A stretch of 64,000 nucleotides of DNA from positions 53,692,001-53,756,000 of the forward strand of contig NC_043000.1 in NCBI RefSeq assembly GCF_006345805.1, written 5' to 3'. The notes below the pieces were generated by a model. The model was not told the DNA's origin. It was given only the letters and a program-made list of their open reading frames with translations, and did not search any database. Of the stretch, positions 51,030-64,000 are shown in pieces. How positions within the stretch are numbered: position 1 is the first letter of the stretch; each line of letters starts with the position of its first letter. Source of the stretch: Octopus sinensis. Its lineage: Eukaryota. Position numbers and translations under genes: made by a program.

Positions 51030-51220
51030 CAAGCAGTCTTGTGGGTGGAAAATTAGTCGATACTCTATACTAGATTTATACTGTACTTTTATCGAGCCAG
51101 AAAGGATGGAAGGCGAAGCTGACCTTGGTAGGATTTGAACTCAGAACGTAAAGAGCTGAAACAAATACCGCAAAGCATTTTATCGTCACGCAAGCAATTT
51201 TGCCAAGCAGGTGGCCTTAA
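51030..51220 (-). mobile_element. MetaSINE
   Basis: gaaaggatggaaggcgaagctgaccttggtaggatttgaactcagaacgt. Confidence 0.8.
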
Positions 51221-53215
51221 TGTAAGTTATTATGTTAGCTTCGCGTTTATGGATTCAAGTCAATAACTCATCCCATCGTCATTTGATAAAATATTAGTCA
51301 AATATAGATATGATTGTTGTCATACCGTGTCCTCCCTTTAACTTTCTACCATTAGCTTCTATTTCCCTGAAATCGCCAGTTCTGTATCCACTTCCTAAAA
51401 ACAAGAATCATGACACATCAACTCTTCATTTGAAATCCCAGTAAAGGATTCACCTGTGAGGTCGTTCGACGTGCAAAATCCCACTAAAGTTTTGACAAGT
51501 GGGGTGAACATCGGATAATATACTCCTAGATACGCAATACTCAAAAGGAAGACGGGTTGTTAAAAATGGGAAATTTTTTACATCATTATTCTGCTCATCT
51601 GATTTGTTCTTATAAACCAACAAAAGCAACAACTTCACCTACAGCATTTCTTGCTGAACTACCTTTCTCTTCCGACACATTTTTTCTAAGATGCCCTGCA
51701 GTATTTCTTTCCCCCTCTGAAATGAATTAAAGCTAGGGATCTAAATAAATGTTCCGATTAAATTTATAATCTTTCTTCTCAGACTAATTAATACAAAGCA
51801 AAATAATTTCAATATGCGTATAATTCTTATTTCATGGCTGATATTTGACGTAAGGAAATACATACAGATTTCGAGCTATAGCTACAGCAGGAATATTTAA
51901 GTTAATTAATTAAGAAGATGATTGATTATGAAGTATATTGATTATAAATCTTTGCTTTCAAGATGTTTGAAGACTGACTTGAGTAATTGTAGTGCGTTAT
52001 TAGTAATGAATAGTATAATAGAATCTTTGTATACTAATGACCTGCAGTTATGGCATAAATTTTGAAGTATCACTGAAGACATCATACTCATATAGTGATG
52101 CTCGAAAGTCACCTCATACATTCTTCATATCTACGAGCCAATGTGAGGACAACTCTATAAACATATGCATCATCTAACTGTTAAATTATTACATTACTTC
52201 CCGCAATAGTGAACTGTGCTTCTTAAAGAGAGCTTTCTTTTCAGCTAAATAAAAGGGGTGTTGCTAACTGAATGTATCGACCTAATAAACATATTGCCGT
52301 AAGTCACATTAGAAACGAATCACCTTTTAGTAATTCAATCTCCATTCCAACAACTAGAACAGAGACGGATAGCTCTCTGCCTGGATTTGAGAAAGGTTTA
52401 ATATAAATAAAAGTAGAATGGACAGCTACTTAATATCCTAATATCCTATAATAGATTAAAGACCTCATCAAAATGTAATAAGCAGCACAAGTCTATTTCA
52501 TCTTTCAGATAAAAAGAAATCCAATCCAGACACAGCTAACAGCAATAACTTATTCTTAAACTTTTAACTATGTGCTTACAAAGAAATTATTGTCAGACTA
52601 ATATAATTTGAATCTGATGTCTCCTTGTCAATACAAAAGCCATTCACACCAGATTATATTGGTATGAATCCATGCGAATACAAGATTTAACATAGTTTCC
52701 ATTTCACTTAGAGAAATTAAATAAAGTTGCTGAATGAAGTAACTGACTTAAATATTTTATATAATACTCAGTGAGAATTACATCTATGTCAATGAATGGG
52801 ATTCATATTGAAAAGAAATTGTAGATTTTCAATCTCTCTGCCACTTTCGCCTTTAGTTCTTGGAAAATATAGGACATTTAAATACATTCATTCACCTAAA
52901 TGCAAGTATCTGTTATGATAAGGTACTGTCCTCTCTTGAAAGTAGAAAAGTCTTTGGGCGGCAGAGTATTTGATTAGCATACATTTTATTGCCAAAAGCT
53001 AATATATTTTACTGTGCTAGTATTAAAACGTGTATGGTATTTCGAACTATTAATGTCTTTCGAAATGGGTCATCATCTAATATTTATATGTAATATTTAT
53101 ATCTGCAATATTTTACACCTACACTATCTTCTAATCTCCGATCATCATCATATTCTATTACGTCTATATAGTACTATATTGCCTCTACGATGGGAGTCTT
53201 TTTTTTGTAATACAG

Positions 53216-53296
53216 GAATAATACCTGCCTTAGGAATCGATGAAATCGATGAGCAGGGAATGAAAGACTGTGGTTTCAAATTCACGTACCACTATG
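53216..53296 (+). CDS. Candidate 81-nt symmetric phase-1 coding exon of an unknown gene
   Basis: Acceptor ttttttttgtaatacag, donor ATG/gtatga, only one open frame: (G)IIPALGIDEIDEQGMKDCGFKFTYHY. No homology recognised. Confidence 0.3.
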
Positions 53297-53639
53297 GTAT
53301 GAACAGAAAACTGGTAAAGATTCACAGATGACGTTAACTATTTGCAAAAGTATGTCTTATTTCAGAGATATTTAGTATACATTAGAATTATTTTCGCAAA
53401 AGTCTGATACAAATTACAATTGTTTCTGATATGATACAAAATAACCTCTAAAAACGAGCTATCAGGAAAATCTCTTCGTAGTTACTAAGCTTCCTAAAAT
53501 CGTAATTTGATTTACATTAATTCACAGATTACATTAAAGAAAAGTTGAAACTACCTCTGTTAATTTAAAATTGGATGCCCGAAACAATATAAATTGTTGA
53601 TAGATGGAACGGTTTCGATCGTAGGATTACTAAAATAGA

Positions 53640-53642
53640 TTT

Positions 53643-53716
<74 letters not shown>

Positions 53717-53772
53717 GATGATGATGATGATGATGATAATGATAATAATAATAATAATAATAATAATAATAT
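53640..53772. repeat. (AAT)n-(GAT)n-(AAT)n microsatellite
   Basis: Directly visible; source of the poly-Y/H ORF. Confidence 0.95.
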
Positions 53773-54160
53773 ATTAACCAGGTGTGGTTGTATGGCATGA
53801 AGCTTAATTCTCAATCCATTGTTCCGGGTTTAGTCCCACTACTTGGCACCTTGGGCAAGTGTCTTCTACTATAGCATCGGGCCGACTACAGCCTTGTGAG
53901 TGGATTTGGTAGAAGGGAACTGAAATAAGCCGGTCCTATATATATGTATGTGTATGTATGCACGCGCACTCTTCTTCATGTCTGTCCCCATCACCTTTTG
54001 ACAACCGATGTTGGTGTGTTTACGTCACCATAAATTATCGGTTCGGCAAAAGAGACCGATGGAGTAGTACTAGTCCTGGATTTAATTTGTTCGACTAAGA
54101 ACTCTCCCACGCGGTGCCCCAGCATGGCCACTGTTAAACGACTGAGACACGCAAAAGAAT
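53773..54160 (+). mobile_element. tRNA-derived SINE family A, full length
   Basis: ccttgggcaagtgtcttctactatagcatcgggccgac...; tail gcggtgccccagcatggccactgttaaacgactgagacac. Confidence 0.88.
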
Positions 54161-55246
54161 AATATTAAATCACTCCAGGCACTCACGCAACAATGTTTCA
54201 CATCAGAAAGACTAGGTGCCTGGCATCATAGTACATAAATGTAAAAAGCATTAGAGCAAGTGTAGTTTTACGAGGAGAATCTAAGCAATTTAATATGCTA
54301 TGATATTCGTTAAATAAAATTTTCCCGCATTTCTCGCATGGAGGTGACACAGAATAATATATTGTTTTGTTTCTTTTGGCCAGTGTAAAGGTTTCCGAGA
54401 AACTGAATCAAAATCCATAAAAATCTAACAACAAATCAGTATTAATATCAATCACACGATAAAATGCGCAGGTGGAATTTAAAACATTGAGAACGACAGA
54501 ATCGACTGACAAAGCAGTTTGCAATAATTTGATAATAACTTGATTTCGAAGCAATTTTCCAATCTAAAATATTATTGCTTAAAAAAAAATTAAAGATTAA
54601 ATATTGATTTTGCAAAAATGTTATAAATCATATTTTAATAATGTTAATATTATGAAGAGAAAAGAAAGGAATTTTGAGAACAGAAGAAATGGTAGTCGTA
54701 ATAAATATTTGATGAGGTTAAATATATATATATATATATATATATACACCTGTGTGAATACATATTTAATAATGATTTCAGAATTTCGCAAAGGCCACAA
54801 CTATTGCTGTTTAGGTCCAGTTCAGTCTTTATTATGTGTGCATATTACTTAATGTGACACAGCCACAGCTGCTGTGCTATTGTTTAATAAATAAAAGTAG
54901 TGTGTGAAAAATGTAATAACTTTTTATGGCAGGAGAATATGATTTAAAAGAATTTGACAGATAACTGAGGAGGCAACGACATCGATGTAATGAATTCGTA
55001 AGAGTGAAACAAAATTCAGAGTAGTTTCGTTATATTTACTCATTTCGTAAGTGTTTAAAAGAATATTGGAAGTTATTGGATGTACTCAGCAACTCATACA
55101 TGCAACTTGATTCAGGTTTTGTGGTCTACGGTGTTTTCCATGCACATCAAAATCTATGCCAAGAGTGTAGTACAAATATGCAGAAAACCAAATGGTCTCT
55201 TAGACAGTAAACTACAAACACGTCTACAGGAGCAGTTACAAGGCAA

Positions 55247-55295
<49 letters not shown>

Positions 55296-55329
55296 TAGGC
55301 AGACAAACAGACAGAGGGAAAGAGAGCAA

Positions 55330-55580
55330 AATAACGGGAGAAATAATGAGGTCCTCATGAATATTCTAGCCTTGCTTTTATGCTTACATGATATAATTAT
55401 TTTGGAATGTCGATTAATTACGTCTTCTCTAGATGTGATCTTCAGAGTGTCACCTAGGCATAAACTGCACACACGTGATGTTATGTTGTTTATTTTTTTA
55501 AATTTTAGACCAGCGTTTTTATTATAGATCAGTTGGTCGTATGGCTCACTCCACTCTGTTTGAGTCTCCTTTCCGTAAGC
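55330..55580 (-). mobile_element. Penelope-like GIY-YIG C-terminal remnant
   Basis: SRVCSLCLGDTLKITSREDVINRHSKIIISCKHKSK in ORF 55236-55655; same motif class as the 9900-10130 remnant. Confidence 0.55.
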
Positions 55581-55599
55581 GAACTTAAAGGATATATAC

Positions 55600-55633
55600 A
55601 TACACACACACGCACACATACATATATAGATAT

Positions 55634-55690
<57 letters not shown>

Positions 55691-55885
55691 ATATACACTA
55701 CATGCATGTATATATAAATATATAGACATATATATATATGTTTGTGCGTATATATATATATATGCATATATACATATATATGTATATATACATAGATATG
55801 TATATAGATATATACACATATATATGTATATATATATGTGTGTGTGTATGTGTATATAAATACATATACACATGCATGTATGTAT
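55600..55885. repeat. Compound CA/TA microsatellite
   Basis: Directly visible. Confidence 0.95.
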
Positions 55886-58414
55886 TTGACATCCAAAACT
55901 AAAGTTTTCATTATAACATGAGTGTTATTACAGTTGTTTCAGTACCACTTCATTACGAACACGTAAATAATTAATTTTGCATGGTTGAAAAATGTGAGGA
56001 ATGATATGATATTGGGCATTTACCAAACTCGATTATAAGACATGCTAAGCAGAATTTGTATCTCTCACCTAAAGAACCGAAATATATAATGAATCGTAAC
56101 AAAATTAAAATTTAACAAAATTTTATTTAAAATATTAAATAATGACAAAAATATTTAAAATGTTTAAAAATGTTATAACCATTTAGAAATACCAAACATA
56201 TTTAAATCTTTTTAAAGAATAATTATATAGATTATACGTGTTGTAGAAATCCCGCAAAATGAAAATTATAAAAAATATCATAGAAAACAGGAAAGGTCCA
56301 AGCTATGATAAAGTGAATATAGAAAGATATAAAAAAAAATATTTTTCAAAACTCTAGTTACATGTTGTAAATATAAAATCATAAAACGATAAAGGTGATT
56401 AACTGCAAATTGAAATCACATGGATTAAACATTAGTATTTTTAAAGGATTGTGATACAATGTTTAAAAATTAAAAATTACTGATTTGCAATAAAAATATC
56501 ATAATTTGTAATATCCAGTAAAAGCATGTCCAATTGAAAATGAACTGAGAATGAATTAATCGTGGTCTAAAACTGATTATTTTTTTAATAATTATTTCGT
56601 TAGGAACAAGTCTGACAAAATAAGAGTGAAACACAAACACGGAAGAGGAATATAATCCACCCTGCACGTCAGTAAAAGCAACCCAGGTCATTGTAATTTG
56701 ACCAGTTGTCTTGAACTTGAGGAAAAAGAAATTGACCAAATGCTGCATGCCATTTCAACCGTCGCTTTAGCTCCACTATTACTTCCACTAGAAGTATAGT
56801 CTTGTACTCTCAGGCCCTTAAATCCTCAGCAGCATTGATAACCTTTGCCATAATGCGCCTATATGTCCGAGACGGTATTGAAATTTAAGAACCTCTCTCA
56901 TCGAAAACAATAAAAATCTTTAATTTTGTTCTGCCCTATGCTCAATTAGCCAACCAACTGTTCATATATCTGTCAATAGCGGCAAAATTAGAAAGAACAA
57001 ACATATTGATATATATTTGGTAATTGCTGTCCAATGATGCACACTACAGCGTTTATAATTTGTGTTTATTAAAGAAAATACTAGTTTTACTTTCGATCCA
57101 ATTTGGTGTCAAATCGAGCTGAAATATAGCCGGTAGTTACAACATGCTAGAATTACAAACACTTACTAAAGATACTGAAATATTAACAACGAATTATAGC
57201 CATAACTTATAACCGCGAATTCGAACAATGTGTTATAAACCGTCAGTAACAATGTGATAATCAACTACGAGATTAGTAACCGACAAATCGTGATTTCAAG
57301 CTAATTAGATCGAAGTTACCTTTATTGTGATTATGAGTCCTCTAAACCACTGCACAGGTCACATCTATTTTTATGTAGAAACGCAGACATATTTTGTTAT
57401 GATCTGCGTTTTAGTGGTCTGCTATTAAATGAAATTTACCGTATCTTTTTCTTTAAGACAGTATAGAATTTCTTTCAATTTTTTTGATAAATTTTTCAGA
57501 GTTAAAATATTCTATTTTTCATATTTATTATTTTTCTAATTTTTTTCTCGGTCGATGTGCGAACACAGCATGGCCATAGTCGAATGACAGAAATTAGTGA
57601 AAAAATACCGTATAAAAAAAGGTGATGTTTCAATGTAAGATAAAACATATGCTGTCAGCTAAGGAGATTAAATATCTTGATTGCTCCACTAAACAAAGCA
57701 TGTCTTTTCAAAATGTTTCAAAATTTTTCATGTTGTTACATCTATAATTTCATGATTTAGAAGAATTTTTATTAAGCTTCAGAATTGCAAAGAACTTTGA
57801 GAACTTATCATTGCCAATAACTTTGTTACTGATGTTAGATATAACTGAAATTATCTTAGAGATTACTCTTACATATATCTCAAAACATATCTTTATTTAT
57901 ATCTTCTGTAATTGGCAAAGTGGAGATACTGAGATAGAATATATATATATATATGTGTGTATGTGTGTGTGTTTGTGTGCGCGTGTGCATGTATTTATAT
58001 ATATATATATAAATCTGTGTGTGCGTGCTTGTAGATCTATGCGGATGTATGTGCGCATATGTGTATGTGTGTGTATGTATTGCAATAGAATTCAACAATT
58101 CTTAACATAAAGAACTCATTGCTTGGATAGAGTAAATATCCATTGATAAAGAGTTACAGATCATAGTATTTTGAAAGGATCAGTTGAAACAATTGAAATA
58201 TGGCTATCATAAGTAACAAAAAACAATATTCGCAAATCCATGGATGTTCAGACAAATTACCATGAAGAAAAATATAACCGTCTTGTATTTACACGAATAT
58301 CGGATCAATTAAAGAACTGGGGATATTGACATTTTCTATCAATAATAATTGTATTTCGATCGGCGAAATTGACAGAAGGAATATATTATAACGTATTGCG
58401 CTCATCAACACAAT

Positions 58415-58524
58415 GATGTATGTATGTATTTATGTATGTATGTATGTATGTATGTATGTATGTATGTATGTATGTATGTATGTATATATGTATGTATATA
58501 TATATATATTATATATATATATAT

Positions 58525-58575
<51 letters not shown>

Positions 58576-58578
58576 CAA
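58415..58578. repeat. (ATGT)n-(TA)n microsatellite
   Basis: Directly visible. Confidence 0.95.
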
Positions 58579-58974
58579 CAATAATATTAAGGAATGGCCT
58601 TAATAGGCCATTCAACTCACTAAAACGAGCAGCTAAACTCAAACCGCTAAATAGTAGTAATTCAGAAATCAAAGGAAAATTAAAAACATTTACCCTAATC
58701 ATCTTTGGACAATGCATTGTTTCGACGTACTTTTTGGTAAATCAGCCTAATTAAATTAAATTTAATTTAATCTAGACAATTTACCACTGACTCGTCTCAT
58801 CGGGAAAGAAGCCAGGAGGAATAAATATTCCACGAGGCAATAGCATCGATGCCTTGGGAATAAATACTCTAAATTTTCAAAATCTACTGTCACAGCGCCA
58901 ACGTATCAGCAGCAAATATAAACTGCTGATTTAATTTCAGAATTAGCCAAAAAATCATTAATTAATCAATATAA

Positions 58975-59190
58975 GAGTAGCAAAAAATTCAAAGGGCAGC
59001 GGACTCGCGGTCATAGGATCGCGGTTTCGATTCCCATTGTGAGTGTTTATTGAGGGAAAACACCCGAAGCTCCACGATGCTCTGGCAGGGGTGGTGGCGA
59101 AACCTGCTGTACTCTTTCGCCACAACTTTCTCTCACTCTTTCTTCTGTTGGCGCAACATCTGATAGCCTGGTCGGTCACGGTGATCACGG
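58975..59190 (+). mobile_element. tRNA-derived SINE family D
   Basis: gcggactcgcggtcataggatcgcggtttcgattccc B-box head followed by a GC-rich body. Confidence 0.6.
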
Positions 59191-60010
59191 TGATATATAT
59201 ATATATATATGCATACGCACAGACGTATGCATTGATAAACATGTATGTGGAAGATACATTGTAGCTTTTAATGAATATAAATGTTTATTTCTCATTTTCA
59301 CAGTCTGCTACAATGAAGTACCAGAAGGCTTGTTACAATTTTGCCAGCTGGTCTTTGACAAAATGATGCACCAGAAGCATACCACTGACTAGGGTGGAAA
59401 ATTGTAGTAAAATTTCTTCGTTACTAAGAAGGTATTTGAAGAAACTGCGTACTCGTTGAGAAAAGTGGATATAATATACAGCACCTTCAATTTTGGAATT
59501 AAACGATTTTTCTGGTCGAGTTTGGTGAAGTGTTTATACAATGAAAAACGCGGAGATGTATTTTTCGTGTGCTGCTGAATGCTTTATATTTTAATGGTAA
59601 GTTTGTGCTTTGTTGGGGATGGAGAAAATACTATCAGTTGTCAATAATTACTGTCGAATAGTGTCTCTTGGTAGCTACAGCCAATAAGCTAAAACAATGA
59701 TGGTGAAACTGTTTATGCAACAGAGTACAGAAATGTTTCAGGAGGCATAGTCGGAAACAGGACAAACTTTTATCAAGTGGATTAAATAAGCCGACTTGAT
59801 CTTTTATTATTAAATACTTCACTTCATCCAAGCAGGATTGCAGTTACAGGATATTTTATGAAAAACTAGAAGATAGCTGACTTGACAGAGTCATAGATAA
59901 TGCAATATACATTTAAGAGATTTTAATTTAAAAAGATTTATTTAGCAGTAAATGTTTAGTCTTCAGTGTATTAGACCTCATTTGAAATATTTCTACTCAT
60001 TCATTACTAT

Positions 60011-61575
60011 ATGAAAAACGATATATGTATCCCTTCATTCCGTCACACGCAATGCCACACTCCCTCACCCCTCCTCGATACACTGCCCCCTCATTCTCAC
60101 CCCAACACCCATCAATCCCACACACTTACCCTTACACTCTCTCCTCCCAGCCTTCCACTACCCCTAGCGCTATCCCCAGCAACCCTCCGAAATATACCCA
60201 TCTGTCCCTCCCCACTTCTGTCTGTTGCTACCATTCCTCCTGAACTTCTCTCTGAGGCGGGGCGCTCTCTTCTCAGTAGGGGTCTGCGCTTCACGCCACT
60301 AACTCCGTCCAGTAACGAATTTCAGACCTGTGCTAATATTCATAGCTTTGTGCGCCGTGTCATCTATATGAACTATTCCACAACACACCACCAGCATCTT
60401 ACGAAGAGGACTGCTTCACCGACCTGGAATGCCGAACATCCCACTGGACGCCAGCACCTGGCCAGTTGCAAGCAGTCGATTCTTTTGCGGGCTCTCACTA
60501 TCTCCATCCACTAAAAACAAACCGACTCACATTCATACCTCAACTTCGCCTCCCACCCTACATACATCAAGCTCCTACTCACAATTCCTCCGTCTGAGCC
60601 GGCTCTGCAGTGACAACCACGACTTCAAGACACATTCTCAATTCATGGCTCACCACTTTCTTCCTTCGTGGATATCCGCTCACCACTATCCACATTGTCC
60701 TTGCCAGCGAACGTTCAGTCGGCCGTGCCCCTGCTCTCTCTCCCCGCACCCGCCCCGCCTTTACCCGTCTCCCGTTTCCCTTCACCTACTCCCCCTCCAA
60801 CGCACCAATTCTCCTAGCGTACCGGCGACTCCAGTCCGACCCTTCAACTTCGTACATCTTCTCCAACCTCCCACTTCCCTCCTTCAAACGAGTCCACAGT
60901 TTCTTTCGTAACCCTGCCTCCCAATCTGGCTCGTTCCCCTGTTCCCGCCCACACTGCCGCACTTTCTCCTACCTCTGCAACACCATCATCCTCACAAGCA
61001 CTCATCATTGTCCCTATTATATCACTGACTCCTTTACCTGCTCTTCTAGCAATGCCATTTACTGCATCTCCTTCTCTTTCTGTCCCTCCCTGTACATCGG
61101 TCAAACGGGATGCCTCGGCAATGACACGCCAGTCTTGCACCAGGTGTCTATGTTCGGATTGTCTTTGAACAGGGGCCATCCAGACCAAACCCACATGACA
61201 CACAGCCATACCATACCATCACCCACGCACCCCACTAACCCCTAACCACACGCACACACTAACACACTCTCACATACATACACACGTGCGTACATTCGTT
61301 TTGGGATCACCAATATTTTATTACCCCCCCCTCTTCTCTAGCTCGCCTGTCTAACTGCCTTTGTCCAGCCAGGCGTCATAACAGATCGCTTACTCCAAAA
61401 GTTGTTTTATTCTCTCTCTCTCTCTCTCTCTCTCTTTATTTCCTCGTGTTCCTTTCTGTTGAAGAGTGTATGCTCGAAACGTAAAAGACTTTCTCACCTT
61501 CCCGAACGTCTAATTAATACACCTGGTTGTTGTGTTTGCACCTGTCTTCCTATTTTATTTTTCCGTAAAATTCAA
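60011..61575 (+). mobile_element. Penelope-like element, internally deleted, with GIY-YIG domain and 3' pLTR
   Basis: LSEAGRSLLSRGLRFTP, SHWTPAPGQLQAVDSF, KQTDSHSYLNF..HP, YSQFLRLSRLCS, LRGYP, FTCSSSNAIYCI...LYIGQTG; C-rich sense strand. Confidence 0.88.
61452..61487 (+). ncRNA. Hammerhead-like motif in the PLE pLTR (U6 variant)
   Basis: CTTT-CTGTTGA-a-GAGT-gtat-GCTC-GAAAC-GTA-AAAG: stems I and II pair; palindromic ACGT stem III. Confidence 0.5.
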
Positions 61576-61859
61576 CTACATACATACATACGCACAAATA
61601 CACACACGCATATAGATATAATAGCAGACACGCGCAAATACATAGATGTTCTGAATATATATATAATTCTAAAATATTTTTTGTACGTGTTTGCGCATGC
61701 ATGTTCATACGTACGTAAATATTTATGCATATATACATTTACGCTCGGACATGTATATTCATCTGTTTTATTTAGCTATCTATTAATCTTTCTATCTATA
61801 TATCTATGTATCTATCTCCCTCTCCTTCTCTCTATCTCTCTCTCTGTATATATATATCC

Positions 61860-61966
61860 ACTGCGTCGCACCTTGGGAAAGTGTCCTTTACTATAGCCTC
61901 GGGCTGACCAATGTCTTGTGAGTGGATTTAGTAGACGGAAACTGAAAGCAGCCCGTCTTATAAATG

Positions 61967-62009
<43 letters not shown>

Positions 62010-62214
62010 GTGTGTGTTTGGCCCCCACCTCCAACATCGCTTCACAACCGATGCTGGTGTATTTACGTCTCCACAACTTAGTGGTTCGGCAAAAGAGACC
62101 GATAGAATAAGTATTAGACTTTCAAAGAATAAGTCCTGGTTTCGATTTGCTCGACTAAAGTTGGTGCCCAGCATAGCCACAGTCAAATGACTGAAACAAG
62201 AAAAAGAGTAAAAA

Positions 62215-62215
<1 letters not shown>
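61860..62215 (+). mobile_element. tRNA-derived SINE family A (head clipped)
   Basis: ccttgggaaagtgtcctttactatagcctcgggctgacc...; internal (TA)n(TG)n; tail gccacagtcaaatgactgaaacaag. Confidence 0.88.
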
Positions 62216-62257
<42 letters not shown>

Positions 62258-62260
<3 letters not shown>

Positions 62261-63541
62261 CAATAAGTATGAAATGTCCGATTTTGAACTGAAAGTTTAT
62301 TTTACTTTACTCCAATATAAAGCAATGCAGTCAATCAAACTATGCACCTAAATTATCAACACCATTTTACCATTTTATCTGCAGCCTATTTATATCGGCT
62401 GCAAAGAATTCTGGAGATCAACAGGTGAGGATATCACGAAAAGCTGTTTTTTGCATCCTCTTCAGATTTCAAGATTTTTCCTTGCAAAAAGTTGTTTAAT
62501 GCCTGGAAAATGTAATAGTCAGTTGCTACAAGATCTGGTGAATATTGTAGATGACAGCGTACTTCTAATTTCAGTTCCTGCAACTTGAGTGTTCTTTGTG
62601 CAACATGTGATCGAGCATCGTCTTGCAAGAGAATTGAGAATTGGCCTATCTCCTTGACTAATCTCGGTTGCTAAACTGCAAGATGACTCATAATTTCATC
62701 CGATTGGTTGATGTATACATCCGCTGAAATTGACTTACCAGGTCTCATGAAGATGTAATCGATAGCACCAGCGCTGGACCACTAAACATACATCGTTGGC
62801 TGTTTTTGGTGAATATTCCTTTTTGGATTATGTTTTGGCACTTCGTTTCTATCCAACCACTATGCAGAATGCTTGCTATTGTTGCAAAGAATCCATTTTG
62901 CACCGTACGTAACAATACGATGCAAAGATGGTTCGCTTTTATGCCCTGACAACAAAGAACAGCAAGTTTCAAGACGACGGGCCATTTGATGCTTGTTCTG
63001 TTAGTGTGTTACCTACTTGTCCAGCTTCTTTACATTGACAATTTGTTTCAGATGGTCCAATACAGGTGGAATCAAACCATCAAACCTTGTTGCTAACTCA
63101 TGCGTTCATTGAGATATATCCACTTCCACGATACTTTTCAGCTCATCCTTATCCACCTTGGTCTCAGGTCTATCACGTGGCTGATTCTCAAGAGTAAAGT
63201 CACCAGACCGGAACTTCTCAAACCATCGACGCACAGTGCACTCATTCACCACATCTTCCCCAAACACCTCATTGATGCTTCGAGCTGCCTGGAATGCATT
63301 GGTTCCACGATGGAACTCATATTCATAATCAACACGAATTTTTTATCCATCAATGTGTTCACGAAAATTGATTTATAAGAGGAAACTCAAAATATAATCA
63401 GACACCATGAACTGCATTTCGACAAATGATGATGCAACTCTTCAGTGTTAGAAACCAAACAATTGTCAGGATAACACGTTATAGTTAACGACTGTCAAAT
63501 TTAGTGCATAAGAAAATCAAAAACCATACATTTCAATCTTA

Positions 63542-63545
<4 letters not shown>
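62258..63545 (-). mobile_element. Near full-length decayed mariner element
   Basis: EFHRGTNAFQAARSINEVFGEDVVNECTVRRWFEKFRSGDF, KKLDK*VTH (WVPHEL), QDDARSHVA, YSPDLVATDYYIF; imperfect TIRs at 62261-62287 and 63518-63544; flanked by (TA)n. Confidence 0.9.
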
Positions 63546-63614
<69 letters not shown>

Positions 63615-63634
63615 AAATATGTGTGTGTGTATGT

Positions 63635-63757
63635 ATATCAGTCTGTGGCCATGCTGGAGCACCACCTTGAAGGGTTTTAGTCGCACAAATCAACCTAAGG
63701 ATTTATTTCTTAACCCTAGTACTTATTCTATCGCTTTATTTTGTCGAACCGCTAATT

Positions 63758-63760
<3 letters not shown>
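63635..63760 (-). mobile_element. SINE family A tail
   Basis: cagtctgtggccatgctggagcaccaccttgaaggg...agtacttattctatcg...tgtcgaaccgctaa. Confidence 0.75.
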
Positions 63761-63789
<29 letters not shown>

Positions 63790-64000
63790 CGTATGCATGT
63801 ATATGTTTATATATATGTATGTATATACTTAAATATACGCATGCATACACGCTAAATGGGTATAATGTAAAAACGCTGTACTCACGTTTGCCACAATCTC
63901 AAAATAAGAAAACGATTGATCTGAAATTCTAAAGGATAGAAATACGAGCAAAAATTAATATGTTATCGGCACACTTAACTGTAAAAATCATTCTTGATAA

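Noticed and set aside
51454-51638. Minus-strand 62-codon frame ending at CAG/gtgaat
   Set aside because: The upstream acceptor region is purine-rich and no homology was recognised.
56600-56900. Possible Tc1/Tc3 fragment (NGMQH...ITMTWVAF); similar weak hit at 47990-48090 (RLKF...FVDE)
   Set aside because: Single short motifs only; insufficient to list as features.

Overview
AT-rich, repeat-dominated eukaryotic DNA, almost certainly octopus (inferred from the recognisable cephalopod tRNA-derived SINE families and the dense TA/GATA/AAT microsatellites). No host protein-coding gene can be assembled; the window reads as a large intron or intergenic tract, and most ORF-track entries are microsatellite translations. 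It holds about 20 SINE copies or fragments (MetaSINE-type and three other tRNA-derived families), LINE remnants of the CR1, RTE, L1/Tx1 and R4/Dong clades, Penelope-like elements (PLEs), and decayed Tc1/mariner, pogo, piggyBac and hAT transposons. The most interesting signals are: (1) six hammerhead-ribozyme-like motifs, one with an intact catalytic core directly behind an L1/Tx1 tail (32616-32655) and two sharing a non-canonical U6; (2) an ORF1-only L1/Tx1-like element bracketed by a 21-bp direct repeat (15544-17224); (3) a same-strand stack of R4/Dong insertions in an (ATT)n tract; (4) retroelements missing the RT core internally rather than being 5'-truncated; (5) a covarying 3' stem-loop shared by a CR1 LINE and a SINE family; (6) two head-to-head MetaSINE pairs with ~30-nt spacers; (7) weak candidate exons. 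All assignments come from by-eye motif recognition, and element boundaries are approximate.
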